NCBI GenBank assembly: GCA_905178155.1
Contig: CAJINV010000010.1
Span: 124,001 to 188,000, forward strand
Length of the DNA stretch: 64,000 bases
Source: Amoebophrya sp. A120
Lineage: Eukaryota > Protista > Dinoflagellata
Reading direction: 5' to 3'
The notes under the pieces are model-generated. The model had not been told where the DNA came from. It saw nothing but the letters and a program-made list of their open reading frames with translations, and did no database searches. This document shows, one piece after another, positions 1-11,689 of this stretch. The position numbers and the translations under genes were made by a program. The first letter of the stretch is position 1; every line of letters starts with the position of its first letter.

Positions 1-256
1 GGGAAGACAGAGGTCGGCGCCGAAGCCAAGAACGGAAATAGGCGGCGCGGTGAAAAGACACCAACAACATGACGACGAAAGGGCGACCCAGGCGAGGAAG
101 GCGGTGGCGAGGAGGGGAAGACAAAACAAGAGATCGCCCCGAACACCTGCACATTGGATCATTGCCGCGACTACTTAGTCACGACGATCCGACATGGAAG
201 ACGGGGCGATCTATTGAAACCAATCCGCAGGCGCCGACTGCTACAGTCGGCTTCTA

Positions 257-525
257 ATTTCGGCCTCTAGAGTCGGCCTCTAAAGCCGGTCTCTAAAACC
301 GGTCTCTAAAACCGGCCTCTAAAGCCGGTCTCTAAAACCGGTCTCTAAAGCCGGTCTCTAAAACCGGTCTCTAAAATGCTCCTCTAAAGCCCGCCTCTAA
401 AATGGCCTCTAAAAAGGCCTCTAAAAAGTCCTCTAATTCTTCCCTCTAAAATTCCTCTAATTCTTTCGCCCGCCCGGCAGTTTCGAGGCTTCTAAAAATC
501 CTCTAAAACTGCCGGGTAGGCGAAA
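257..525. repeat. Array of [GG][C/T]CTCTAAA(A/G) units (~13-bp period) ending in a hairpin
   Basis: About 17 CTCTAA/TTCTAA units. TTTCGCCCGCCCGGCAGTTT (464-483) is inverted against AAACTGCCGGGTAGGCGAAA (506-525). Resembles a subterminal repeat array of a DNA transposon. Confidence 0.75.
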
Positions 526-1534
526 TCACACACAAAGTCGCAGCTTTGCGATTTTAGAAGATGAGTTAGAAGAATTCGGGATGGCAAAACCGGAAGCGGA
601 ACCGGAAGATTCTTCCGGTGAACCGGAAGATTCCTCCGCCTCCGCTTCACGGGAACATGTGAGACCCGGCATCATATATGTGTTTGTGGGCTGCAGGAGA
701 TGACGTTCGCGCTCGAAACCCACGAACATCATCTTCCGCGAAACGACAAACGAATATTTTTGCTCTGGTTTCGAAAAACGCAGAGGCGATGCGAGCGTCC
801 ACAAATTTGCCCGACGACACCCTTCTCAACTTCCCACCCCAAAGCTGCACCCTCCCACGACCTACATCAACATAGTTTTAAAATTGCAGAGCATGAATTA
901 CCCCGGTAACCGCTTCGAATTTTTAAATTTTAAAACTAACGCCGCCCCGGTAAACCAAGAAACCAACAACGAACAACCAGGCGGCTGCCTGTACAAAACC
1001 AGCCGGGGACACCGGGCAGGATGTCACGCGGCACACTGCCACACGCCCGGGGCGAAGCCCGTCGCGGCCAGAGAAAACGGGCGGCGGGAATTTTTGAAAT
1101 CCCGGAAATTTTAGTGGGTTTTTAGCTGCAAAATCCGCCCGGGGTGTCTCCGCATGACCGACACAAAAAAAACCGGCGAGACCACAAGAGCTGGCCCGCT
1201 ACGCCAACACCGGAAGGGTGTTTTCGCCTGCATGATCAAGAACATGGGACCTCGCGAGAACTCCCACGCCGGTCTTTTCGCAAGAAACCCGAAGCAACCC
1301 AATGGAACATGGAGGGGCGGACACCAACAACACCCAAGAAGCCGGCCGGCCAAACTCCGCGGACAGAGGTCGGGGAGCTCCTCCGCGTAAACCTATGAGG
1401 CCGGGGAGGCAACGCGGGCCATTCCCAAAATTCCGCAAAAATCGCACAAATATTCCCCGCTTAGTTGGCCCGGTCTCGGACGCCTGATCACCCTCCAGCA
1501 GATCGGCGACCGTCTCGAGAAGAAGCTCGCGCAG

Positions 1535-2092
1535 TTGGTCAAGGAAGGGTCGCACAAGATCGAGAGTCCGTCCCTTGGCAAGGCCTTCCCGGTCGTCGAG
1601 GAAAAGACGAAGAAGAAGAAGGGAAACAAACGTCAGAAAAATGACGACGATGACGAGGAGCCGGACTCCGCGGATGATGGTCAAAATGCTGCTTCTGGCA
1701 AGGTGTTCTCGGCGAAAGCCTTGAAACGCATGAAAGCCAAATTACGCAAGCAGACCGAAGCGAGTGTCTTGGCTGCCCATGGCCTGCCCCCGAAGTCTAA
1801 CGCTAAGGGCGGAAGTGGCCAGAAAGGTGGTGGCAAGACTGGTCGGAACCAGAGCACTCCCTACAACACTGCGACCAAACCCAAATGCTGGATCTGTGGC
1901 AAGGAAAACCATAAGGCGGACCGTTGCCGCTGGAATCCTAACAATCAAGGGAAAGGTCAGTGGGGTGGTGCCTGGGGAAACCAGCAGCCGCAGTGGTGTC
2001 CGCCGGTGAACCAGAACCAAACGAACAACCAGAATCAAGGGCAGGGAGCCGGTGGAAAGCAGGGCGGTTGGGTCTGGCAAGGACCAGCCTGA
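1535..2092 (+). CDS. gag: Copia Gag C-terminal part with CCHC zinc knuckle
   Basis: CWICGKENHKADRC fits C-X2-C-X4-H-X4-C. True start unclear. Confidence 0.85.
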   Translation: MVKEGSHKIESPSLGKAFPVVEEKTKKKKGNKRQKNDDDDEEPDSADDGQNAASGKVFSAKALKRMKAKLRKQTEASVLAAHGLPPKSNAKGGSGQKGGGKTGRNQSTPYNTATKPKCWICGKENHKADRCRWNPNNQGKGQWGGAWGNQQPQWCPPVNQNQTNNQNQGQGAGGKQGGWVWQGPA

Positions 2093-2134
2093 CTCGATGA
2101 AGGAGGTGTTTATATCTCGGGTTATGGTAGCTGT

Positions 2135-3028
2135 ATGCTGAATTTCGAGAATTTAGAAGATTTCGACGTAGATTCTCCTAGCTGTTTTGCTGCACAGACC
2201 AAGGACGAAGTGAGCTTGGTCGATTCATGTGCAGACAAGTACTTATCTAGACACAAATCGGATTTTATTGACATCTCGCGCAACGTTCGCCGAATCAACG
2301 GCACGGCCGGGGCTCGTGATGGTTTTGTCGGAAAACTGAAGGAAAACGCTCTAGGTTTGCCCTATGGCGTCTACTTTAAACATCTTCCTAGAGATATCGA
2401 TCGCATTCTTCCGTGGCTCGGTGAGGACGATCTCAGTGATCGTGGGTGGGATCTGAACTACAACAGCTCTGGCGGTTCCTTAGTCAACAGGGAATCCGGT
2501 CAGATGCTACCAATCAAGAACCGCGAGAGGTTGACCCTCCCAGTCCTTGGGTGTGATCTTTTCGCGATGGGCCTCCGGGGTCAGGCGACTAGAGACACCG
2601 CGGAAGATATTGCATGCATTACAATCGAAGAAAATATTGCTAGTTGTCATCTCACTCGCCTAGAACAACATAGAAGATTCGGACGCTTTCACGTAGATGG
2701 TCTTAATGTCCAGTGTCCTGAATGCGACAAAGCGAAAGGCGCGGGAAGCTCTCACGCAAAAGAGCGAGACACTAGAAATTACAAACCTGAGCCATTGAAA
2801 CTACTCGCGATGGACTTCGCGGTAGGTATTAAACCTGTATCGATTCGGTCACGCACCTGCGTGCTTGTGGTCATCTGTGATGCCATCAAGAAGCGTTTCT
2901 GTGTCCCTCTTAAGCTGAAAAGTGACTGCGTTGAGGTTTTGGAAGAAGTAATAAAAGGCATTCGCCAGAGCTACGCTTTGATTGACCCTCGAGGACAAAG
3001 CGGCGTGGTTCGTCCGGCGGGACAATGA
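2135..3028 (+). pseudogene. pol: Copia Pol: aspartic protease and integrase N-terminal part
   Basis: LVDSCAD is a DSGA-like protease site. HRRFGRFH...CPECDKAK is an HHCC-like zinc finger. LLAMDF carries the first integrase Asp. Confidence 0.8.
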
Positions 3029-4029
3029 GCCAGCTCTGGGCAGTGACTCCATGACCAAGGTCATGCAATCGCTGCGGGTCGGTGATGCTCCTACGGCTCC
3101 CTACAACCCAGAGCAGAACGGAACCTGCGAACGCTTTATGCGGACCATATTCGGCGCTGTGCGTGCGATGTTGGTGAACGTGGACAAGCGTCTGTGGTGC
3201 TACTCGGTCGAGTACGCTGCAGCATGCTGGGACCGCCTCCCTTCCGCATAAGTATAGCAAAATGCCTGAGTACGACGGAAAGACTCCTGCAGAGATTCTA
3301 GATGAGAGAACTGGAAGAAACAGCTCGAAAGTTGGCACAAGGATGCTGAGGCGTTTTGGTTGTCTCGTGTATTTTCGTGAACAAGTCAAGAAAGGCGAAG
3401 CTCATGAAGCTCCTGAGGGGGGAGTAAATGTGGTAGCTCCAAAGCTGGCCGCGCCATTTCGTCGTGGTGTATTTCTCGGCCTTTGTCCTAAGTCTTCGGG
3501 CTGGCGGGTTGGGACGTACGTCACGGACGGCCGGTCCGCCGCGGGACGTCGTTGGATGGAGTATTCTACCATCGACGTCAAGTTCCGCGAGGAGTACCTC
3601 GTGAAGAATATTGAAGACCTAGCTCCTAACTCCAAAGGTATCTATGTCGAGTGTGACACAATCGAGGCCCTACCTAGTGGAGCGTCGTGCGCGCCATCTC
3701 TCCCGTGCGTCGGTCCTGACATCGGGGCTGTGCGTCGGCTGGGGGTGGATGTCTCGGAGCACACTGGTAGGCAGCCTGACGGTCCTGGGACGTTAGTGCT
3801 TGAGAGTTTGGATTGGGAAGATGATCCGGGCCAGATACATCCCGAGCCTGAAGGTGTTAAACCTGAGGAGGGGAATCTGGACGATCACCCCACTCACAGC
3901 AGCTTATCAATCAATCTAGTCCAAGAAAGGCGAGCCCGTCTCCGGCAAGGATTGTGGCTGGCAACCGTAACTCCAAGCCGCGAGGGCGTGGTCGTCCCAA
4001 AGGGAGAAAGGACAAGACAAAGCGCGTGA
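2982..4029 (+). pseudogene. pol: Copia Pol: integrase core and downstream region, frameshifted
   Basis: VRRDNEPAL (second D), TAPYNPEQNGTCER (E), KTPAE, RRFGCLVY and GVFLG motifs. Split by a stop/frameshift at ~3250. Confidence 0.85.
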
Positions 4030-4840
4030 GACGTACTAGAAAAGAGCTCGACGCACTAAAGAAAGACGCGAGTGCGTTTGCCGCAGCAATAGCAGCACAG
4101 GACGATCGAGAGGAAGGTGAGGAATTCCTTGGCGTCCAGTGTTACTTGACTACATCGGCCAAGTTGGATCCCGCTCGTTGCAAAGACTCAGTCGAATGGA
4201 ACGCAGCAACCAACAAGGAAGATCGTAGACCTGAAGCCTATAAAATGTGGGAGCCAGCTACTGGCGAGGAGCTAGCGACCGCAAAGCAGGCTTTGCCTAT
4301 TGCTATCCTTCTTACCGAGAAGCGTGACGGTACGAAGAAAGCGCGAGCAGTAGTACTCGGCAATCTTGATCGTTCGGGCGAGCTGGACACTTTCGCTCCT
4401 GTTGTGTCCCATGCAGCTAACAGGTTACCTCTAGCCGCTGCAGCCGCAGACGGTGATGATGTGACCCCGTTCGACCTTGATAGTGCGTTTCTCAATGCCT
4501 TACTTGATCGCGACGTCTTCTGCCGCTTGCCACCCATCTGGGCGAAGAAGCACGGCGCGGAGATCGTCAAGCTCAAGAAAGCGCTTTACGGCTTGAAAGA
4601 CGCCCCCAGGCTCTGGTATAAGAAGTATGAGGAAGCACTGACCAAGCTAGGTTGGGAACCCTGTCCCTCTGCGCCAGGTCTGTGGAACAAACCGAGCTTG
4701 GAACTCCCTGGGAAGTTTCTGAAGTTGGCAGTGTATGTCGACGATAATCTTATCACAGGTCCTCCGACTGGGTCCGAGTTGGCTGGAGAACTTGCGGAGA
4801 TCTTGCACCACGTCAAGGGGCGCATGATCGACGTCGAGCT
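3954..4840 (+). pseudogene. pol: Copia Pol: reverse transcriptase (RVT_2 type)
   Basis: KARAVVLG, TFAPV, FDLDSAFLNA, KALYGLKDAPRLW and VYVDD motifs. Confidence 0.92.
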
Positions 4841-5617
4841 CAGCCGGCCGGGGCCTGGCAAACTTTTTCCGTATGCCCGCCGGGTTTTTTCCGTAAATTT
4901 TTTTTTGGACTGGCCGGTCTGCGGCGCCGGAAGAGGCGGCCGGAGTCCGACAAAGAAATGGCGCCACGACGCCACTGCCCCCACGGCCAGAACGCCCGGT
5001 CGCGGCTCCCCCGAAAACAAGCCACGGAGACGCCGCGCTTTCCCACCCAGATTCCCCGTAAATTCCGTGTAAATTCCATGCAAATTCCCCGTAAAGCCCC
5101 CCCGTAAATTCCCTGTAAATCCCCAAACCACCCTCGGTTTTCACCGACAAAAACAACAAATCGCCCTCCGTAAATTCCCTGTAAATCGACCCCGTAAATT
5201 CCCTGTAAATTTCTGTACAGTGATTTCCCTTTGAAATCATTTGACAGAGATTTACGGGGAATTTACGGAGAATTTACGTGGAATTTACGGCCCGATTTAC
5301 GGGGTCCAAAAATGGGTGCTTCCGGGGCCAAATACGGGGAATTTACGGGGAAGGGGGGGAATGGGAATACGGGCGCCAACCTGGCGGCCGCAGCAGAGGT
5401 CCCCGCGACTGACGGGCGCGCAGAACTCTGCAAAACACAACCGCGGGCCGCCAAGCCGATTCATTGCCTGGACCCCTCGGAATAGCAGGACCCCGCGGTC
5501 GCTAGGAGACCGCCGGCGGCGCCGAAAAGCGCGGCGGAGATGCACAGGCCGAAAAAAAAACTTACGGAAAAAACCCGGGGGATTCCCGGGAAAATTTTGC
5601 CAGCGCCTGGCCGGCTG
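4841..5617. mobile_element. 777-bp non-autonomous hAT-like MITE inserted in the copia RT
   Basis: Termini CAGCCGGCC...GGCCGGCTG with long imperfect TIRs. 8-bp TSD gtcgagct (4833-4840) / atcgagct (5618-5625). CCGTAAATT repeats in the left half and AATTTACGG in the right. Removal restores GRMIDVELVPEF. Confidence 0.9.
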
Positions 5618-6664
5618 ATCGAGCTTGTTCCGGAGTTTGACTCCGTGTCCAAGAAGTTTGACTTCCTAGGGTCAATAGTGTGCTACAACTGGAATCTACG
5701 AACCGCTAGGATCGTGGTGCCAGAGTACATATCCAAGATTTGTAAGAAAGTCCACGTCTCAGAAGCGGGCAAGCCGGTCCACTCGCCAAACTTCGATGAG
5801 TCTGAACTCGCTAAAGAAGTTGAAGGGGCTAAAGTTATCGAAGGTCTTCCCCTTCGAGAGGTCGTTGGCTCTCTGCAGTGGGCTGCAACCACCTGCAGGG
5901 TAGACATTGTTGTCCCGGTTGCCACTGTCGCCAGATACGTGGGCAAGCCGGCGACCCGGCCTGTCGTAAACGCCTGTAAGAAGATTTCGAAGTATCTATT
6001 GACAACGAAAGAGCAGGGTCTGTCGTATAGTCCGGAAATTGAGGAGGAATTCAACAGAATCTACAGCAAGCTACTGCCCGACGGGAGAGACTTGCCTGAT
6101 GTGAATCTGTTTTCGGATACTAGTTTTGCGAACTGTTGCAAGACCATGCGCAGCACTAGTGGTAGCATTATGTACTTCCACGGCTTCCCGATCTGTTGGC
6201 GTAGCAACCGGCAGACCGTGAGGGCGTACTCCACGGCGGAGGCGGAGTATCTAGCTGCTTCCGACACTATTGCGCTGAGCGAGCAAAATGACTTTACAGA
6301 ATTCTTCAAACCTCTACCCACTGTCATGGTGGAAAAGCAGAACGGCTTATCTCCCTCCCTGGATGATGCCATATTGTGGATCGACAACCAGTCCGCGATA
6401 ACTACAGCTAAGAGCACAGACAACAAGCCGAAATCGAGGCACTACGCACTGCGATATCTCCGCGTGAGAGACACAGCGAGCCAGATCATGTTCTGCCCGA
6501 CTTATCTGATGAAGGCAGACGGTCTTACGAAGCTCGAGTGTAGTGCGCCGCAGAGACGCGGACTCTTGCACCATATTGATAACCCCGACCCTAAGTCTTT
6601 TACTTGTGACTCCTCTGACGATGAGGATGATTTAGACACGTTTATAGAGGGGAAAGAATCATAA
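5618..6664 (+). pseudogene. pol: Copia Pol: RT C-terminal part and RNase H
   Basis: VVGSLQW, FSDTSFA, RSTSG, STAEAEY, IDNQSA and KADGLTK motifs. Confidence 0.92.
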
Positions 6665-6912
6665 GGGCAAGGCTAAAGCAGGCTCTACTTATTCGATTTA
6701 TTTTGGTTTCTAGAAGACATGGGGGATAGCCAGTTTACCACAGCGCGCGCAGGAGGGGAGTGCGGTAGGATTGTTCCTGATTAACACCGCCGCAGCGATT
6801 GAGGAGGGGCGTTGGTCATGGAAATCGATCCCGCACACACGTAACACGATCGCCCCAGATGACGCCTGTTCCCAATGAGATGACACTTCTGAATAGCCTG
6901 AACTAGCTAGAT

Positions 6913-7407
6913 CCTTAGAACAGGGTAACAAGGAACGTAGACGTGACCGGGGGGGTCACGTCCGTCCGTCCGGCCGGACGGACGGCACGTGACCGGGGGT
7001 GATCCGGCCTCGGGGCGAGTTCGGCGCTGAATGCCGCAGCAACTGTGGCCCTCGGTAGCTAGAAGCCCCCGGCCGCGTCACCGACGGCGGACCAGGCGCA
7101 AGAGTCGTGCCTTTTTCCGTGAAAGACCGAACTCATGACCTTTTTTTTTTAGTTGGGCGCCCGAGCTAGCTGACAGCCCCCGGCCTCGTGACCGGGGGCG
7201 GAGCGTGACGAAGAGAGGCAGCGCTTCAGTGAAGTGCCGAGCTCATGACTTTTTTTTTTTTTTTTTAGTTGCCCGGGCGCGCGGTCCGCAGTGGCCACCA
7301 CCTCCTAGCGCCACGACCGACCCCCGGTCACGTGCCGTCCGTCCGGCCGGCCGGACGGACGTGACCCCCCCGGTCACGTCTAGGCTCCTTGTTGCCTTGT
7401 TCTTAGG
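6913..7407. repeat. ~495-bp foldback with ~90-bp inverted arms (possible MITE in the 3' LTR region)
   Basis: CCTTAGAACAGGGTAACAAGGAACGTAGACGTGACCGGGGGGGTCACGTCCG... is mirrored at ~7320-7407. Confidence 0.85.
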
Positions 7408-8761
7408 GAAATGGTCAGAATCTATCTAGATCCTAAAGGAATCTCTTCACCATGTTCCGCGAATCCCCCAAATACTACGAAGGCAAAGCCATCAGGATCG
7501 TAATGAAATGAATGGACTCAGCTCGGTCCAGACGTTCAGAATGGTCACCCTGGGGGACTTGACTCCCGCCAGGGTCGAGCACCAAACCGACAGCATTGAG
7601 GGATGGACCCCCATGCTGTTTTGCCACTTGACTCTGACCCGATTGGTCCATATGAATCTGATGAATTTGGATGAATTGATCCTACAGGATGTAACGCAGC
7701 AAGAGACTTGCGTCACTTGCTTGCTTGCTTGCAATTGAGAGAATTCATCGAATTGCTGTTGATAACGAGCTCAGTGGAGCAAACGTGTGTAAGTGTGTGC
7801 GAGTGTTCTCAAGTCCACTAACACAGGAAGAAACCTCATGGATATTTATTAGAAGCAACCACCGCCGCCCCCGGGCTGGTGGCTCGAATGACGCGCCCTG
7901 CGCAGCTGGACTAGCTTATAGCAGTGCTGACAATCTGAATCTGTGTGGAAGGAATCGCTCAAAGCCGCACAATGGGCAGTTTGCGCAAAGACTCCGCTTG
8001 CCAGTTTCATCGTCTCCCAATGCGCGCAACATCTACTTACGTAGAAGTACCTTGATGCAGGTCCAGCTCGTGGGTCCGTCGCAGGTTTCAGGTGGTAAAA
8101 TCGTCCGAATGTCGCGGGCTATATTCGTCGTTCTTCGTGTAAACACTATCAGAACGGACACGAGTCTAAGCGAAAATCCGTCTCGTTAGGTGTAGTTGTA
8201 ATATCCAAAAAATGTCGCTTAATAGTACTGCAGTATAAGTTGATTGTAGGGACAACATCGACCTCAGCGCACTAATCAATTCGAAATCTTTTGATATTGA
8301 TACGACCCACACAGCACTGGCGCCGAGTAAAAATAAATTCTGTCTTTGTATACAAAACTTTTTTTTCAATTCCGTCTATATTAAATAATTCGTTGAAAAC
8401 TCATGTGCAAAAATTGAAGACAAGAATGCAGCGAATCATGCATGACATAAGAAATCAAAACCAGAAATAAGAAGCTTGAGTGCATCGAGGCATGATTGTG
8501 TTGTTGCAATGAATAGATATCCAAATATTCTCAAAGTGTAACAAGTTCAAGTGATACTGATAGTCGCGATGAACAGAATAAAATTACAACCCAAGAAGAC
8601 AGCCATAGCGTAAACGTGTTGATGGGAACAAAGCATATAAGCAAAATTAAGTAAAAGCTGCAGGAAGAAATTAGTTCTAAATGATAGTGAAGATTTTCAT
8701 TTTCTCTCCGTCCCGAATCCAGTTCCATTCAGCAAATCTACATCTCAATCCCAGAGCCTTT

Positions 8762-11545
8762 TCAGTTTCTCTCCGGTATCGAATGCAAATATGTCTGGGT
8801 GTGGAAGATTGCGAGATTTGTGATGCAATCTTTCCAAGGTCCGCAAACTCTGTAGCGCAGGGCTTAGCATCACAAGTTCTGCAGCCCCTTGGTAATGCCT
8901 GTTCTGCATGAGAAATGCGCTCTCAGGACGGCCAGAAAAAGGCATCTTTTGCAAGTCACGCAAGACAAATTTTTTTGTGAACCGCAACACGCATGACAAG
9001 TTCCGAGTCTTCCAAACCCAGACATATTTGCAATGCATATCCGGATCCTTCGGTCCGAAGATCTTCGGCGCGTGATCGTCGTCATCATGGTCTATCCAGA
9101 CAAGAAAAGGTCGCGATCCATCTTCCCATCCATTTTTTGCATGACAAAGACTGGCTTTGAAGCCTGTTGTTTCGCATGACAAATAACTCGGACAATTCGT
9201 GGCAATCAGGACAGCTGCCACAGTGGTCTTTTCTTGTGGATATTTTCCCCGCCCTGCGTGGTCGTCCGCTGCATGTTGGTCATTTCCAGAGAATTCGTAG
9301 TCGAATCCTTCTCCTCCACAATATCCGACAGGTTGTCTTGCTGTTTCATGTTATTCGCCACGACGACCACGCCCGTCGAAGAAGACGACGACGAAGAAGA
9401 ATTCGTAGTTCCCTGTAGCGGTGGGGGCCCTCCTCCCCCTCCTTCCAGAAGCCCAGCCGGCTGGTGATGTCCTTGCACCACAACACTGATTCCACCAGCA
9501 GCACCTCCGTGATGTCCTTCGCCGGTCGTGCTCATCAATTGAGCTGCACCATGATCTCCTCCGAGGTTGATGCTGTTCCCGGTAGTTGTGTATGAACTGC
9601 AAAAGTATCGTACTAGTAGAAATCGCATGACAAATTTCCTCAGCATGAAAAATAAAATTTGTATATGCTGATTTGCCTTCACAAAGAAATTTGTATTACA
9701 AATTGCATTAAATGCAAGAGGACCTGCATTTATACGAGTACGATACTTTTGCACAGGATATTGTGCAGACCGCGTTGACAAACAAGGCGTCGTCCACCGT
9801 CGGCCTTCCGGTCTCCTGCACTATGGGAGTGTCAGGATTCAGATCGTCAAAGTTGAAACTCAAATAGTTTGCCATGCATAAAATGCAGCCCACAGAGTGC
9901 CTGTCTTGCAGAGTAGGCAAGTGAGGCAGATTGTAAGCCTGTTGGGGGGTAGGCACTGAGCTGCTAAAGTAGCATGACAAAAGGCGCCTTCCTTGTTACC
10001 CAAACAGCATGACAAACCAGATTTCGGCTCTACCCAAATTTGTCATGCGCCAATTGGAAACTGGGTTACAACTTTCATCCATTTTATGCAGTACAAGTTA
10101 TCTCAACTTTCTTGTCGATTTCAATCCTGACACTTCCATATGCACGCCCCCGATCGTACTGCCCCACGTCAAGGAGTTCGCCTTGGACCGCAAAGTCTGA
10201 CTGCTCATCGCGATTAGATGCCCCAGATCCGTGCTCGGCGGGCCCCCGCCCGGGGCGACCACGGAGCCACCACCGGTGTGAGATTCTTCCAGAAAGTTCA
10301 TGCCGTTCTGGTACACATAGGTCGGGGGTGCGAAGTCTCCGTGCGGATGGTGAAGATGATCATGATGTTGCTATGCTGTGTAAAAAAGTCCCCGCCCCAT
10401 AGTCAAGATGGGAAATCTGCAACACAAATCTCCAAGCTTTGGAAGTCCTACATGACAAGTTTCCATCTGCAGCGTAGTGCTGATTAGCAAGGAAAGCCGC
10501 ATGAGGAAGCCATTTGCTCATCCTATTTACAGCATTACAAATACCAAAACACGATTGGAAATGCCTCTTATGGAGATGCGCATTACAAATGTTCCTCTCG
10601 TTGCGCATTTGCATTACAACTCTAGGGTGGGAACGTTTTTACAAATGATAGCTGCTGCGTGTGTCGCCCCGACTGTCTCATGTTGTTCACCGTCATGGAG
10701 CCTGCTCGCGTGCGTCGGACGGTATGGCGTTCTCAACTGTTACACTCTCAACAACTGTTACATGAATTTGTCATCCAGAACTACCATCAAGATCCACACG
10801 AGAAAGCTGGTTCGCATGACAAATTTGCGAAGGGCTAAGCAGCACCTAAATCTGTGCAGAACTTGTAATGCTAGAGGTGCAGCCTCCCCCCTTTCACTTT
10901 TGCAATTCTTGCATCACAAATTCATATAAACAGTTGAGAATGTAGTAACAGCTGAGCACGCCATAGACGGGCTGGCCTCCCTGGTTGGGGCTGCACTTCT
11001 GCATGGCGTCGAAATCGATCGCGTTCACCGGATCAAGTCCGCCTGGGTAGGCAAGCAGCTCGGTGGACCGGGTGCGGGACCGGGACAGTTCACGCGAATT
11101 CTCTTCCTTCTGGTGCTCGTGAAAGGAGAGAAAGGTCTCGCGGTCACGCACGATTTGGTTCTTGTACTTGGGCTTGAAGTAGAATTTGGTATGAAAGTGC
11201 ACAACTCCCCGTCGTCCCCCTCATTTGTATTCCATGAACAGCAATACAAGCGTCAGCAATGACACAGTTTTTGCATGTTGACAAATTTGAACAGGAGTGT
11301 AGTGCTATTTGGGCTGCCAGAACTTGTCATGCAAACAGTGCCAAAAGGCAAAGCAAAGGGTGGACTGGGTATTTTGCATGACAAACGAGGGGGAGGGGGA
11401 GTTGTGCACTGTCATATTTGTACAGCGCGAACCAGAAAGCCTGGGTTTTGTTGTAGTTTGGATTATTTGATGTTATTTTCATTGCATTTATTGCAATATA
11501 AAGCTGCATAACGTTCTTGATCAGAAGCAGCTGCAGCAGCACCAT
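8762..11545 (-). CDS. Hypothetical low-complexity protein, 7 introner-type introns
   Basis: Elements at 11190-11416, 10723-10965, 10372-10650, 9822-10140, 9591-9760, 9093-9242 and 8777-9039. Traced junctions join in frame (e.g. GGQPV|RRTRAG, QQ|HHDHLHH...VYQNG). Start uncertain. Confidence 0.6.
8777..9039. mobile_element. Introner family A (TATnnnTGCAAAnnnGTCTGGGTCTGGAA TIR, ~250-345 bp); representative copy
   Basis: TSD tccgg. Other copies: 13808-15471, 24031-24292, 31669-31933, 34078-34333, 36288-36555, 37176-37520, 41685-41954, 44268-44529, 46698-46962, 47266-47529, 50565-50839, 50950-51202, 54635-54899. Confidence 0.92.
9591..9760. mobile_element. Introner family B (TATnnnTGCAAAAGTATCGTACTnGTA TIR, mostly ~145-175 bp); representative copy
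   Basis: TSD ttgtg. Other copies, in both orientations: 12260-12412, 16706-16855, 23785-23934, 31359-31503, 33813-33973, 36605-36753, 36983-37131, 45502-45664, 47068-47220, 53004-53163, 53413-53614, 54378-54521, 55210-55359, 56101-56274, 58989-59119, 60648-60797. Confidence 0.92.
9822..10140. mobile_element. Introner family C (TATGGAnGnGTCAGG...ATCGTCAAAGTTGAAA TIR, ~310 bp); representative copy
   Basis: TSD tgcac. Other copies: 23007-23319 (gcttg), 37647-37954 (cgact), 40519-40825 (ggcct), 48207-48517 (tgctg), 52074-52387 (ttgtg). Confidence 0.92.
10723..10965. mobile_element. Introner family E (TATGGnnTTCTCAA..GTTACACTCTCA TIR, ~245 bp)
   Basis: TSD gacgg. Second copy at 11897-12144. Confidence 0.85.
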
Positions 11546-11689
11546 CGTGTGTAATTTTATGCAGAATGGAACGGTAGAGCAAGATCATGTAGAAGTGTAA
11601 TCATTTTTGTCTATCGCGGCCCCATGGTGGGTGCCCATCTGCACCTGGCGGCAAATCTTATCTACTAGAATGGTTGAGCGGGGCGATCA

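Larger units (their letters stand above)
1535..6664 (+). mobile_element. Ty1/copia LTR retrotransposon internal region, degenerate
   Basis: Domain order gag-PR-IN-RT-RH is diagnostic of copia. Frameshifts or stops near 2990, 3250 and 3930, plus a MITE insertion at 4841-5617. Confidence 0.93.

Noticed and set aside
257-510. CRISPR-like array
   Set aside because: Contiguous ~13-bp degenerate units with no unique spacers, no cas genes, and a eukaryotic context.
4586-5618. ORFs with YGEFT/GNLRG repeats
   Set aside because: Artefacts of the MITE's CCGTAAATT repeats.
6761-7969. Defined 3' LTR of the copia element
   Set aside because: A purine tract with TG start and a possible CCGCA end are present, but there is no matching 5' LTR in the window, so the boundaries are unsupported.
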